Source: an uncultured Bacteroidaceae bacterium
Lineage (GTDB): Bacteria > Bacteroidota > Bacteroidia > Bacteroidales > SM23-62
NCBI GenBank assembly: GCA_963777115.1
Contig: CAVZPP010000002.1
Coordinates: 456,349-520,348 of the forward strand
Length of the DNA stretch: 64,000 nucleotides
Direction of reading: 5' to 3'
The notes under the pieces are model-generated. The model was not told where the DNA came from, did not search any database, and saw only the letters and a list, made by a program, of their open reading frames with translations. Of this stretch, positions 9,335-18,432 are shown in pieces. The position numbers were made by a program, and so were the translations under genes. Position 1 is the stretch's first letter, and each line of letters opens with the position of its first letter.

Positions 9335-10033
9335 TTATTTGTTTTCAATATCACTACCGATCGGGGCAGTATCGTATTTGCGTGTACCTATGGGTTCGTC
9401 AAAACCTTTTTCACGAACCAGAATAGAACCTACCGGACAGATTTCCATTGCCTCTTTGGCTTTCTCGATACTCATTTCAGCCATCAGTTTACGATCAGCT
9501 ACAACAAGTGATTGATTACCCCGGTTTTTATAAGCGAAATATCCTTTTCCGTCTTCATCCTTAATCCCACGGATGCATCTTTTACAGAGAATACAGCGAT
9601 TCTGCTCCTTGATGATCCTTGGGTAGGAAGCATCGATCTCTTTTTGAGGGAAAGCAAAAGGAAACCTGGGTGCCATCATTTTATACCTGTAAGCCAGGGC
9701 CTGCAGTTCGCAGTTTCCACTTTTCTCGCATGAAGGGCAAAAATGGTTTCCTGATACAAATAATAATTCAATGATTTCCCTGCGAACATCGTTCAGTTCG
9801 TCTGTATTATTTTCAATATTCATTCCCTCAAAAACAGGAGAAGTACAGGCCGTTGTCAACCGGCCGTTAATCTTTACGGTACAAATCCGACAGGAACCCT
9901 TGGGTTTCAATCCCTCAAAATTACAAAGGGTGGGAATGAAAATTCCGTTATCCTTGGCAGCTTCCACGAGATATTTGCCTTCATCTGACTGGCATTCTTT
10001 ACCGTCTATTACAAATTTTATTTTATTAGACAT
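9335..10033 (-). CDS. hoxU: diaphorase FeS subunit HoxU (NuoG N-terminal-like)
   Basis: 232 aa. 2Fe-2S pattern C37..C48xxC51..C63, then HFCPSCEKSGNC (HxCx2Cx5C) and CILCKRC...CP 4Fe-4S motifs. Confidence 0.85.
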   Translation of the reverse strand: MSNKIKFVIDGKECQSDEGKYLVEAAKDNGIFIPTLCNFEGLKPKGSCRICTVKINGRLTTACTSPVFEGMNIENNTDELNDVRREIIELLFVSGNHFCPSCEKSGNCELQALAYRYKMMAPRFPFAFPQKEIDASYPRIIKEQNRCILCKRCIRGIKDEDGKGYFAYKNRGNQSLVVADRKLMAEMSIEKAKEAMEICPVGSILVREKGFDEPIGTRKYDTAPIGSDIENK

Positions 10034-10054
10034 ATCTTGATTGGTTTAGATCAA

Positions 10055-11851
10055 TTAAACATTGGCCACACGGTTTGCGGCCTCGCAGGATTCCTTTACG
10101 GAATCTGCCAGGTTAAAACCTGTATCAAATTCACGGTCGCGCTGAACAAGCTTTTCGTATAAATGCCTGAAATTCTGGACGCTGGTAATAATTGGATTGG
10201 CAGCCGTATGACCGAGTCCACATCTGCTGAATTTCAGGTTCTTACTCCATTCCAATAGTTCATCAATGTCAGATATTACTCCATGCCCATTCAGGATCTT
10301 TTCAAGCTTTGCTTTGAGCAGGACAGGAGTGGTCCTGCAAGTAGAGCAGGATCCACAGGATTCCTCTATAAAGAATTCTGTAAAGTTCATCACAACATCC
10401 TTAATCAGGTGCCTTGAATCATCGAAAATAATTAATGAACCCCCTGTTCCAAGATCCTCATAACCCAGTTTTCTTGGTAGCTGGTTAGGATTGATCAGGA
10501 TTCCGGATGGTCCTCCTACCTGAACTGCCTGGGTATTTGTTGCTCCAACCATTTGCAGGATATCATAAATGGAATGTCCCCATTGGATCTCATATACACC
10601 AGGGTACCTGCAGTCGCCTGAAATGCTGAGAAGCTTAGTTCCGGCGGACTCAAGGGTTCCAAGTTCTGTGAACCACATACTTCCCTTTTTAATGATTTTT
10701 ACCACTTTGGCAAGGGTTTCGACATTATTTATGATGGTAGGTTTACCCATATAGCCCTTTTCAACAGGAAATGGAGGCCGGTCTCTGGGTTCCCCTCGTT
10801 TTCCCTCAGCTGATTCGATTAAAGCAGATTCTTCACCGCATATATATGCCCCGGCACCAAATTGAATCCGTATGTCGAAATTAAAACCTTCTTTTCCGGC
10901 AATGTTTTTACCCAGGAGTTTGGCCTTCCTTAACTCATCCAGGGTATTTTTAAGGAATTCTTTCAGGTACTTATACTCATAACGGATATATAGGACTCCA
11001 CTGCTTGCGCCAACCGCATATGCTGCAATTGCCATCCCTTCAAATACCATCTTCGGCATCTCGGTCAGAATCACACGGTCTTTAAAAGTTCCTGGTTCTC
11101 CCTCATCTGCGTTACAAAAAATGTATTTTTCAGCACCCTTTGCTTTACTGCAAAATTCCCATTTTAATCCCGTTGGGAAACCTGCACCTCCACGACCCCT
11201 GAGATTCGAATCCTTGATTTCCTGAATTACCTCCTGGGTATTCATTTTAATAGCTTTTTTCAGGCCTTCTCCGGGTTGGTAAGGATCCCATAGAACCGGA
11301 CCTTTTCTCCTGATATTGTTTCGGACCACCGATTTTACCAGATCAGCACTATTGTTGCCACTACCAAAATTTTGCTTGTGCATCTCCTCCAGTGGTTTCC
11401 CGCTTTTCATATCGCTGACAATTTCCTTCACCCTAAAAGGGGTAAGGTTGGTGAAAATTGTACCGTTGATTATTGCTGCAGGCTCCTGGTCTGACATTCC
11501 GATACATGAAGTTTCAAACAATCCGATCAATCCATTCGTTGAAACATTTCCGAATGTAATACCTGCCTGCTCTTCGAAGGTCTTCTTGACCTCTGTCCGG
11601 AGCATCATTTCTGCGGTGACGCTGTTGTTTAGATAAACAACATATTTTCCAAGGGGTTTTTGACTCAGGAAGTGATAAAAACTAATGGTTTCCTCAAGTT
11701 CTACTCGAGAGATGGATATTTCATCTGCAATAAGCTGGTTGAACTCTTCAGGAATATAGCCCAATTCTTCCTGGATGTCCAGCAGGATATCCAGCAGGCG
11801 GAACCTGTCTTTCCCATAATTCTTAATAATGTCGATAACAGTTGTTTTCAT
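10055..11851 (-). CDS. hoxF: diaphorase NAD(H)/FMN subunit HoxF (NuoE-like plus NuoF-like fusion)
   Basis: 598 aa. GRGGAGFPTGLKWEF (FMN), ICGEESALIESAEGKRGEPR and ESCGSCSTCR (N3-type 4Fe-4S). The N-terminal roughly 150 aa is thioredoxin/NuoE-like but keeps only one Cys. Confidence 0.9.
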   Translation of the reverse strand: MKTTVIDIIKNYGKDRFRLLDILLDIQEELGYIPEEFNQLIADEISISRVELEETISFYHFLSQKPLGKYVVYLNNSVTAEMMLRTEVKKTFEEQAGITFGNVSTNGLIGLFETSCIGMSDQEPAAIINGTIFTNLTPFRVKEIVSDMKSGKPLEEMHKQNFGSGNNSADLVKSVVRNNIRRKGPVLWDPYQPGEGLKKAIKMNTQEVIQEIKDSNLRGRGGAGFPTGLKWEFCSKAKGAEKYIFCNADEGEPGTFKDRVILTEMPKMVFEGMAIAAYAVGASSGVLYIRYEYKYLKEFLKNTLDELRKAKLLGKNIAGKEGFNFDIRIQFGAGAYICGEESALIESAEGKRGEPRDRPPFPVEKGYMGKPTIINNVETLAKVVKIIKKGSMWFTELGTLESAGTKLLSISGDCRYPGVYEIQWGHSIYDILQMVGATNTQAVQVGGPSGILINPNQLPRKLGYEDLGTGGSLIIFDDSRHLIKDVVMNFTEFFIEESCGSCSTCRTTPVLLKAKLEKILNGHGVISDIDELLEWSKNLKFSRCGLGHTAANPIITSVQNFRHLYEKLVQRDREFDTGFNLADSVKESCEAANRVANV

Positions 11852-11861
11852 TTAGGGTTGA

Positions 11862-12515
11862 TTATATATTATTGCTTATTCGTTTTGCCTCCTTGCCATT
11901 CTTTTTGTAATTATTGACGAAGTAAATAAGGTTGACTAATTCATTTTCAATATTGAAATTGTTCACCGTTATATCATCCGTGCTTTTAAATTTTACCGGG
12001 GTGAAATTCAAAATACCTTTAATATTTGCCCGTTTCATTATCTCCAGGGTTTGCTGTGCAGCTATATCAGGTACGGCCATAATCGCTACGCTGATATTAT
12101 TCTCCTGAACGTATTCATTAAGGTCTTCAATCGGCCTCACGGGTACATCACCTGTCTTTTTAATTTTCTTTATGTCAATATCGAATCCTGCTACAATCTT
12201 AATTCCGTCCTTATGGAATCCATTGTATGACATTAGAGCCTCGCCGATTCGGCCGACCCCGACAATTATGACCCGGTTGACCTCATTGCTGCCCAGGATT
12301 TCATTGATTTTGTGCAAAACATCCTCGATACTGTAACCTCCCTTCTGGCTCCCCGAAATTCCAAAAAGTCCGAAGTCCTTTCGGACCAGGGAAGCAGAAA
12401 TTCCAAGAGGATCCGCGATATTGTCCGAAAACACCCTCACCAATCCAAGTGATTTAAACCTGTTAAGTAAATGTTTGTAGCTAAGCAACCTGTTAATACG
12501 ATTTTGAATAGTCAT
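11862..12515 (-). CDS. rex: redox-sensing transcriptional repressor Rex (copy 1), first gene of the hox operon
   Basis: 217 aa. N-terminal winged helix (RLLSYKHLL...ISASLVRKDFGLFG...GYSIEDVL) and Rossmann fold (RVIIVGVGRIGEAL). Lies 10 nt upstream of hoxF. Confidence 0.85.
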   Translation of the reverse strand: MTIQNRINRLLSYKHLLNRFKSLGLVRVFSDNIADPLGISASLVRKDFGLFGISGSQKGGYSIEDVLHKINEILGSNEVNRVIIVGVGRIGEALMSYNGFHKDGIKIVAGFDIDIKKIKKTGDVPVRPIEDLNEYVQENNISVAIMAVPDIAAQQTLEIMKRANIKGILNFTPVKFKSTDDITVNNFNIENELVNLIYFVNNYKKNGKEAKRISNNI

Positions 12516-12752
12516 AAAATATGGTTAAAATGTTACTACTGTGACAACAAAAAGGACTAAAATATCATGAGCCGCATAAAACATGACGAAATTAAAATTT
12601 TCCTTGTACAAAAAAAATGCTTTTTGTTCTTATTTTTTACCAATTTATTATTTAGAAGGAGTAAAAATTGGACCTGGTAAAATAGCCTGAAAATCCAGTC
12701 TTAATAGGTATTTTAGCAAAGAGAGGTAGACTTGAGTTGGGTAGTTTGTTTT

Positions 12753-12770
12753 TTGTTCAGTAATTAACAA
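12753..12770. promoter_or_regulatory. candidate Rex operator
   Basis: TTGTTCAGTAATTAACAA. This is an 18-bp near-palindrome (6 of 7 arm pairs) with the geometry of the Rex consensus TTGTGAA-N4-TTCACAA, but with T/A where the consensus has G/C. It lies about 240 bp upstream of the rex start in the 363-bp AT-rich intergenic region. Confidence 0.4.
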
Positions 12771-12878
12771 TAAAACCAGGGTAATTATTTATTAACAATT
12801 TGTGGTTTTTGATGGACAAATTATAGTTTTGAAATTCTGCATGGCTTAAATTTTTGTAAATTAGATAAGCATATTCTA

Positions 12879-13271
12879 ATGCGTATTCAGATGACAAAAC
12901 TGCTCAGGATTTTTCTTTATCTCATTGCTCTTCATTCTTTTTGCGTTGGACTGGGATTAATTATTATCCCTTTCGAATATTTTGGATTTTTCGGATTTGA
13001 GGGATACCATGGCAACTTTTTCAGAGTACAGGGGGGAGTTTTTCATATTGTGATGTGCGGGGCATACCTGCCTGCTGCCATTGATCCTGTAAGGAATAGC
13101 CTGCTCATACGTTTTTCCATATTTGCAAAGTTTACCGCTACTGTATTCCTCCTGTCCTACTGCCTGATTGTTGAAACGGTATGGATGGTTCTTGTTTCTG
13201 GGGGAATGGACTTTTTTATGTGTTTGCTACTTCTCTGGTTTTACAGAAAATTAATTGTGGAAGCTAACTGA
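12879..13271 (+). CDS. small integral membrane protein, unknown function
   Basis: 130 aa, about 4 hydrophobic helices, no motif recognised. Convergent with the end of the mvh operon. Confidence 0.45.
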   Translation: MRIQMTKLLRIFLYLIALHSFCVGLGLIIIPFEYFGFFGFEGYHGNFFRVQGGVFHIVMCGAYLPAAIDPVRNSLLIRFSIFAKFTATVFLLSYCLIVETVWMVLVSGGMDFFMCLLLLWFYRKLIVEAN

Positions 13272-13294
13272 TTTAATGCCTGATATTGAAAGGA

Positions 13295-14968
13295 TTACTC
13301 GCTTGGCTGGATTTGTTCGTTGATGAATTCAAAATCTCTGATGAGATCAGTCTCAAGGGAGTTGAAAAATGTATTTTCCAGATTAGTAATTACTTCTTTA
13401 AGGTTGCCAACATTTTGCAGTGAAGGAAGTAATTCGGGTAGCTGTACCATACCCGCACTGTCGGATTCGAATAACTCAAAGGATTCTTCTATTTCATCAA
13501 TGCTGAGCTGGATAGAAATATTCACCGCTGTGAACAATTGTTCCCTGGTTTCCTGTGCTTCGGGATCAATCAGCAGTTCGGAGATTATGATTCTTTCGAA
13601 ATCCGTCAGGAAACGTACCACTTCGCTAGCCGGAAAGCCTGTCTTATAACGTCTGAGGGCAATAGCCTGAATGTATTTACGGATAAGAATTCGGTCGCCA
13701 ACCTTTATACTGGTGGATATCAATTGATATAGCATAGTCAGATACCATTTGAGGGTCAGTTTATCCAAATCCCTGTAATGCTGGTATTCTTCGCCATTCT
13801 GTTTGCTGCAGACATGATCCACCATTTTATTAATGATGAAGTCCCGGTGTCTCATCATGACCTCGTATGCTTTGATATTGAATCGGGTGGTAATCCTGTT
13901 CATGGCCGTTTCATTCTTAACGGTCCAGTCGACATAGTGATTCTTCATATTCTCAATCATGAAAAGGAGCCGTCTCAGGATATCATTCCTGGGGGATGTT
14001 TCCCAGTTCAGGTTTTCGTTTGTTTGCCTGGCGTTTACCACAAGTTTCTTATCGATATACCTCATCATCCATGGCTTTTCAAAAGGTTTTTCCCCAAGCA
14101 CGTTGCCAAGAAATGTTCTGGCTATTACTCCTGGAAGAGCAATAATTATTGGCATTTTTATAGCCCGCCTTGAGCGACCATAATAATACTTTGTGGCTGC
14201 ATCGTAAAGTTCTTTATGGGAAACTGTACCGCTTGGACTTGCAACATATGTACCCAGTTGTGGTAAATTTTTTGATTGATCCAGAATGCTCTGGATCATT
14301 TTTATCAGGTCCGCAATATGGATATATGTAATACTTGATTCTCCTTTTCCTCCCAGAATTCTTGCATTCCATTTTCCTGAGAGCCATGTGGAAAGAAATA
14401 CAAACAGGGGAGGATATTCACACCAATCACTGTAAACGGCCGCAAATCTGAGAATGGTACAGGGAAACATAGTGGAGTAATTGCGAATCATTTCTTCTGC
14501 TTTCTGTTTACTCCTGGCATAGGGGTAGGTAGCATCCGCGGAACTCTGCTCATCAAGAATATGGTTCCTGTCCTTGTTGAATTTGCAGGCTGCCAGTGAA
14601 CTGGCGAAAATAAAACGTTTAATATTCAGATATTGTGCAAGTTTGAGAACATTCCTTGTGCCAACCACATTGGTTTGCTCATATTCCGGATGGTCAACCA
14701 TGGTGAAATCATAATATCCGGCAAGGTGGAGTATAAAGTCTGCACCTCCATAACGATTTATGCTTTCAACAACATCCTGAAGATTGGAGAAATCTCCGAT
14801 GTCAACCTGAGTCCATAAAATGTTTTCATGTTTTGGTATGCCAGCCTCCCTCTGAGATCGTCTGGCAAGACAGAACATGCGGTATCGTTGGGCATTGTGT
14901 TCTACGAAATTCCTGCCGATGAAACCGGAGGCGCCTGTGATGATAATTCCTGGAAGAGTGTTGTCCAT
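13295..14968 (-). CDS. NAD(P)-binding epimerase/dehydratase-family (extended SDR) domain fused to an uncharacterised helical C-terminal domain
   Basis: 557 aa. N-terminal GASGFIGRNF glycine-rich Rossmann motif and a YxxxK-like YARSK. Residues from about 340 to 557 are helical with no catalytic motif I recognise. The start overlaps the upstream stop (TAATG). Confidence 0.65.
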   Translation of the reverse strand: MDNTLPGIIITGASGFIGRNFVEHNAQRYRMFCLARRSQREAGIPKHENILWTQVDIGDFSNLQDVVESINRYGGADFILHLAGYYDFTMVDHPEYEQTNVVGTRNVLKLAQYLNIKRFIFASSLAACKFNKDRNHILDEQSSADATYPYARSKQKAEEMIRNYSTMFPCTILRFAAVYSDWCEYPPLFVFLSTWLSGKWNARILGGKGESSITYIHIADLIKMIQSILDQSKNLPQLGTYVASPSGTVSHKELYDAATKYYYGRSRRAIKMPIIIALPGVIARTFLGNVLGEKPFEKPWMMRYIDKKLVVNARQTNENLNWETSPRNDILRRLLFMIENMKNHYVDWTVKNETAMNRITTRFNIKAYEVMMRHRDFIINKMVDHVCSKQNGEEYQHYRDLDKLTLKWYLTMLYQLISTSIKVGDRILIRKYIQAIALRRYKTGFPASEVVRFLTDFERIIISELLIDPEAQETREQLFTAVNISIQLSIDEIEESFELFESDSAGMVQLPELLPSLQNVGNLKEVITNLENTFFNSLETDLIRDFEFINEQIQPSE

Positions 14969-15384
14969 TACATGTATCCCTGTGTCCCTCTGATTTCTCC
15001 TTTTCTTCGGTAAATGTTAAAAAGGTCTGATCCCCTCTTTATTTCGGCATGACTGCAACCAACCCGGTTACAAACACCTATACAATTGCAGAAGTTTCCA
15101 TGTTTATCACAGAAAAGTGTAATCATGTCACCTCCGCAATCACAGGGAGCATAAACCGGGAGAGGGACATCGCAATCCGGACATAGCAAGTCAATGATTT
15201 CGCCCTCGGATACTTCGATATCAATGGTATACTTTGATTTATCTCCACAGATGGGACTTAAAGCCATAAATCCTTCATCCTTTCCTCTTTTGATTTTGAT
15301 CAGGATCCCTTTATAACCTCTTACGTTGACTTTTGGATTTATTAGGTCGTGGCCATTGGGACAATAACATTGTTTTACTACCAT
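14968..15384 (-). CDS. cysteine-rich protein of unknown function
   Basis: 138 aa with 14 Cys, several in paired motifs (CYCPNGH, CPDCD, CDCGG, CNCIGVCNRVGCSH). Codon usage resembles its neighbours. The start is uncertain: an upstream ATG at 15442-15440 would join in frame if the T8 run at 15417-15424 is miscounted by one. Confidence 0.55.
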   Translation of the reverse strand: MVVKQCYCPNGHDLINPKVNVRGYKGILIKIKRGKDEGFMALSPICGDKSKYTIDIEVSEGEIIDLLCPDCDVPLPVYAPCDCGGDMITLFCDKHGNFCNCIGVCNRVGCSHAEIKRGSDLFNIYRRKGEIRGTQGYM

Positions 15385-15462
15385 ATCCTCATCAATGGCA
15401 TCCTTGGCCTTTCTTCTTTTTTTTAGCTGGGATTCTCCACATCCCTTTTGCGTTAAACCTAG

Positions 15463-15966
15463 TCATATTGATGTTCTTATAAGTGTTTTCCTGCTGAATT
15501 CTTCCACCATGTTTTTTACCTGTGTCAGTATTGCCGGATAATAATGTTTCAGGTCTTCACTTAGCATGGATCCGAATACCAGATCTTCGAGTATTTCAAT
15601 TCCGATAATCAGGATATTTTCCGGTAAGTCAAATCCAAGGGTTTTTCCAATTTCGAGTGACATTTGAAAAGACACATCATGCCGGCATGACAGGTGGAGG
15701 GTTTCCCGGTAATCATCCACGGAAAAAGTATGGACACATCCCGGGATTCCCTTTTCTGTCTTCAGGGTATCGATAAAAACCACACCCTTATAACCGTTAA
15801 TGTACTCCAGCAATTCTAGTCCCCCCACAAACACATTCTCAAAATCAATATTCCCGGGTTTCAGAAGTACCTGTAAATCTTCTGAAAGTCTAACCGGGAT
15901 GCTGACATCCTGATGGATCTCATTTCCCAGTCCAAGGACAAGAATTTTATTTGATCGGTTTTTCAT
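15463..15966 (-). CDS. [NiFe] hydrogenase maturation endopeptidase (second copy, divergent)
   Basis: 167 aa. ILVLGLGNEIHQDVSIPV N-terminus (the GN....D pattern of HybD/FrhD proteases). Lies 7 nt downstream of mvhA. Confidence 0.7.
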   Translation of the reverse strand: MKNRSNKILVLGLGNEIHQDVSIPVRLSEDLQVLLKPGNIDFENVFVGGLELLEYINGYKGVVFIDTLKTEKGIPGCVHTFSVDDYRETLHLSCRHDVSFQMSLEIGKTLGFDLPENILIIGIEILEDLVFGSMLSEDLKHYYPAILTQVKNMVEEFSRKTLIRTSI

Positions 15967-15973
15967 TTTCGGT

Positions 15974-17440
15974 TTATGAATCTCTGCTGGCGGATCGCAG
16001 GATCACGCCCTTTTTGTTCCTGAAATTAACTACCAGTGGCATTTTGCCTCGCTGATGGTGAGTTGCACAAGAGAAACATGGGTCGTAGGCCCGAAAAGCC
16101 ATCTCAACCATGTTCAGAATTCCATCGTCAACCTTAACGCCTTTCTTGATTATTCCTTCTGCGGCTTTTTTAAGTGACATGCAAATGGCGGCGTTATTAT
16201 TAGTAGTTCCTACAATAATATTGGCTTTGGTTACTATCCCTTTTTTATCGGTCCAGTAATGATGTGTCAGGGTACCCCGCTGTGCTTCGACAATTCCTAC
16301 TCCTTCATCAGGGACATTGTCAAGAGGAGCTCTCAGGTCCTTTCCTATAATATCCGGATCTTCCGCAAGTTCAAGGCAATGTTCAGCTGAGTACAGCAGC
16401 TCAATCAACCTTGCCCAGTGCATGGCCAGGGTTGCATGGACCGGTTTTCCTCCCAGGGTTTCATACATTTTGTCGTATTCAACCTGTGCAAGGGGAGTAG
16501 CCATCCCGTCGGCTGCATTCAGTCTTGAAAGAGGCGTGGCATGATAAACCCCTGAATCCTGTCCTTCTACAAATCCCTTCCATCCGATCTTTTTAAGGAA
16601 TGGGAATTTGAGGTAGGACCAGGGTTCTACCCTTTCCTCTACAAAATCCATGTATTCCTCAGGGGCATATTTACAGTGTTCATTTCCCAGGGTATCCACA
16701 ACACGCACTTTACCATCATAGAAATTCACTTTATTATTCTCATCTACCATTCCCATACTATGAAGATTCAGGGAATAAGGCCCATTGACGATGAGGTCTA
16801 CATAATCCTTGTTCCCCAGTACAACATCGCTGAATATTTGTAGTGAGAATTTTGAGAATTCGATGAATCCTTTTGCCTTTTCAACAATATCATCGCGCTG
16901 TTCAGGTGTTAGTCCCTTTCGCACACCACCGGGTACATTCATGACCACATGGGTCTGGTGTCCCCCCAGAAGGGCTTGAATTTCCTGAGCAATTCTCCGC
17001 TGCTTGATAACCTCTGTGCCGATTTCAACACCTACTTTTGCGATCACTCCAAGAATGTTACGTTCAGCAGCCGGAGCCGTTGGTCCGACTACAAAATCCG
17101 GGGCAGCAAGTGCATAGAAATGAGCGATATGGCTGTGTACAAAATGGGCCATATAGAACAGTTCACGGAGTTTCACAGCAGTTGGGGGCGGAGTTACTCC
17201 ATATACAGCATCTGCAGCTTTTCCGGAAGCCATGTGATGGCATCCGGGGCAAACCCCGCAGATCTTCGTTACAATCTGTGAAAGCTCCTCAACGGGACGG
17301 CCTTCGCAGAATTTCTCGAATCCTCTGAGTTCAGGGACCTGAAAATATACATTTTCCACATCTCCTTCATCAGTGAGGAAGATCTCGATCTTTCCATGAC
17401 CTTCCAGTCGGGTTATGGGGTCAATTGTTATTCGGTTCAT
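15974..17440 (-). CDS. mvhA: [NiFe] hydrogenase large subunit, Mvh/Vhu type (group 3c-like)
   Basis: 488 aa. RLEGHG, KICGVCPGCHH, and C-terminal DPCFSCATH plus a roughly 27-aa extension. The MvhG and MvhD neighbours support the type. Confidence 0.9.
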   Translation of the reverse strand: MNRITIDPITRLEGHGKIEIFLTDEGDVENVYFQVPELRGFEKFCEGRPVEELSQIVTKICGVCPGCHHMASGKAADAVYGVTPPPTAVKLRELFYMAHFVHSHIAHFYALAAPDFVVGPTAPAAERNILGVIAKVGVEIGTEVIKQRRIAQEIQALLGGHQTHVVMNVPGGVRKGLTPEQRDDIVEKAKGFIEFSKFSLQIFSDVVLGNKDYVDLIVNGPYSLNLHSMGMVDENNKVNFYDGKVRVVDTLGNEHCKYAPEEYMDFVEERVEPWSYLKFPFLKKIGWKGFVEGQDSGVYHATPLSRLNAADGMATPLAQVEYDKMYETLGGKPVHATLAMHWARLIELLYSAEHCLELAEDPDIIGKDLRAPLDNVPDEGVGIVEAQRGTLTHHYWTDKKGIVTKANIIVGTTNNNAAICMSLKKAAEGIIKKGVKVDDGILNMVEMAFRAYDPCFSCATHHQRGKMPLVVNFRNKKGVILRSASRDS

Positions 17441-18414
17441 AGCAATTTCCTCCTTAATATTGAGCCGGGAAGGCTGAAACGATAAAAAGTCCCGGCCGGG
17501 TCATCAATTTGTTCAACGATTTTTTCGATTTCCGACTCCTCATTGGAATCGATCATGGTGCCTATAGCTGACATCATCTTGGCTCCTGGATCTTGAGCAT
17601 CTGCAGGTGGACCGTAACAGCCCCTGCAGGGGGCATTCCCTTCAATACACCTGGCCCCACAACCACCCCTGGTGGCTGGACCCATACATATGACACCCTG
17701 TTCCAAAAAGCAGGTCTCTCCATCATCCTGAATGTGTATAGGCCTCTTGAACTCAGAGATACTTTTGTTTTCGGTTTTCGTACGCGGGCATTCATCGCAG
17801 AGGCTTTTCTCATTTGCCCCGACGACCGATCCTTTTGGAGGCAGCTCCGCACCGGTAACGATGGCCATGAATACTTCCACCAGTCGTTCAGTCTGCGGCG
17901 GACAACCAGGCAGGTAATAGTCAACATCAACTACCTGGTCAAGTGCCCTGACATCGTTATAAAATTCTGGCAGGGTCAATTCTCCTTCTTTGATCTTAAC
18001 GGAAGGAAGTGGCATTATTTTATCAGGATTGATGGTGGATTCACTGGTTACATAGGCCCTTTCAAAAATCCCTGCCTTGTCGGAAAAATTACCAAGTCCG
18101 GGTATCCCTCCCATGTGGGCACAGGATCCGTATGCTACAAGGATTTTTGACTTTGCACGCAGAAGGTGGGCGAGATGTTCATTCTCGCTGTTCCTGACTG
18201 CACCATTAAACAGGGTCAGGTCTATATGACCATCGGCCATGGCTTCCACATCCTTGTATTTTGTATCAAGGGCGATGGGCCAGAATACCAGGTCCGCTGC
18301 AGCTACTACATCAAATAAGGCCTCATGCACATCGAGTACTGATACGCAGCATCCCCCGCAGGCGGCTCCCCAGTAGACAGCCATCTTGATCTTTGGTTTC
18401 TCTTTTGTTGCCAT
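17437..18414 (-). CDS. mvhG: [NiFe] hydrogenase small subunit, MvhG type
   Basis: 325 aa. GAACGGCC, GSCAHMGGIPG and PGCPP proximal-cluster motifs, plus a C-terminal Cys-rich region (CDECPR, CMGPATRGGCGARC, CRGC) for the medial and distal clusters. Confidence 0.85.
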   Translation of the reverse strand: MATKEKPKIKMAVYWGAACGGCCVSVLDVHEALFDVVAAADLVFWPIALDTKYKDVEAMADGHIDLTLFNGAVRNSENEHLAHLLRAKSKILVAYGSCAHMGGIPGLGNFSDKAGIFERAYVTSESTINPDKIMPLPSVKIKEGELTLPEFYNDVRALDQVVDVDYYLPGCPPQTERLVEVFMAIVTGAELPPKGSVVGANEKSLCDECPRTKTENKSISEFKRPIHIQDDGETCFLEQGVICMGPATRGGCGARCIEGNAPCRGCYGPPADAQDPGAKMMSAIGTMIDSNEESEIEKIVEQIDDPAGTFYRFSLPGSILRRKLL

Positions 18415-18432
18415 AAGATATTGGGAATTTAG

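Noticed and set aside
15385-15465. The endopeptidase stop codon TGA (15463-15465) is in frame with the Cys-rich ORF. On the mRNA a small hairpin GGGAU-GUGGAGA-AUCCC (15429-15445) follows 17 nt downstream, which raised the idea of selenocysteine read-through fusing the two proteins
   Set aside because: Being in frame has a one-in-three chance. The hairpin is only 5 bp and does not obviously match bacterial SECIS features. The intervening peptide is basic, low-complexity linker. The T8 run at 15417-15424 makes the local frame unreliable in this assembly. No selA, selB or selC evidence is in the window.
17593-18150. 185-aa plus-strand ORF, together with 17574-17930 and 17732-17917, inside mvhG
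   Set aside because: It is antisense or out of frame to a gene with unmistakable MvhG motifs. The composition (P/G/T/R-rich) is typical of shadow ORFs.
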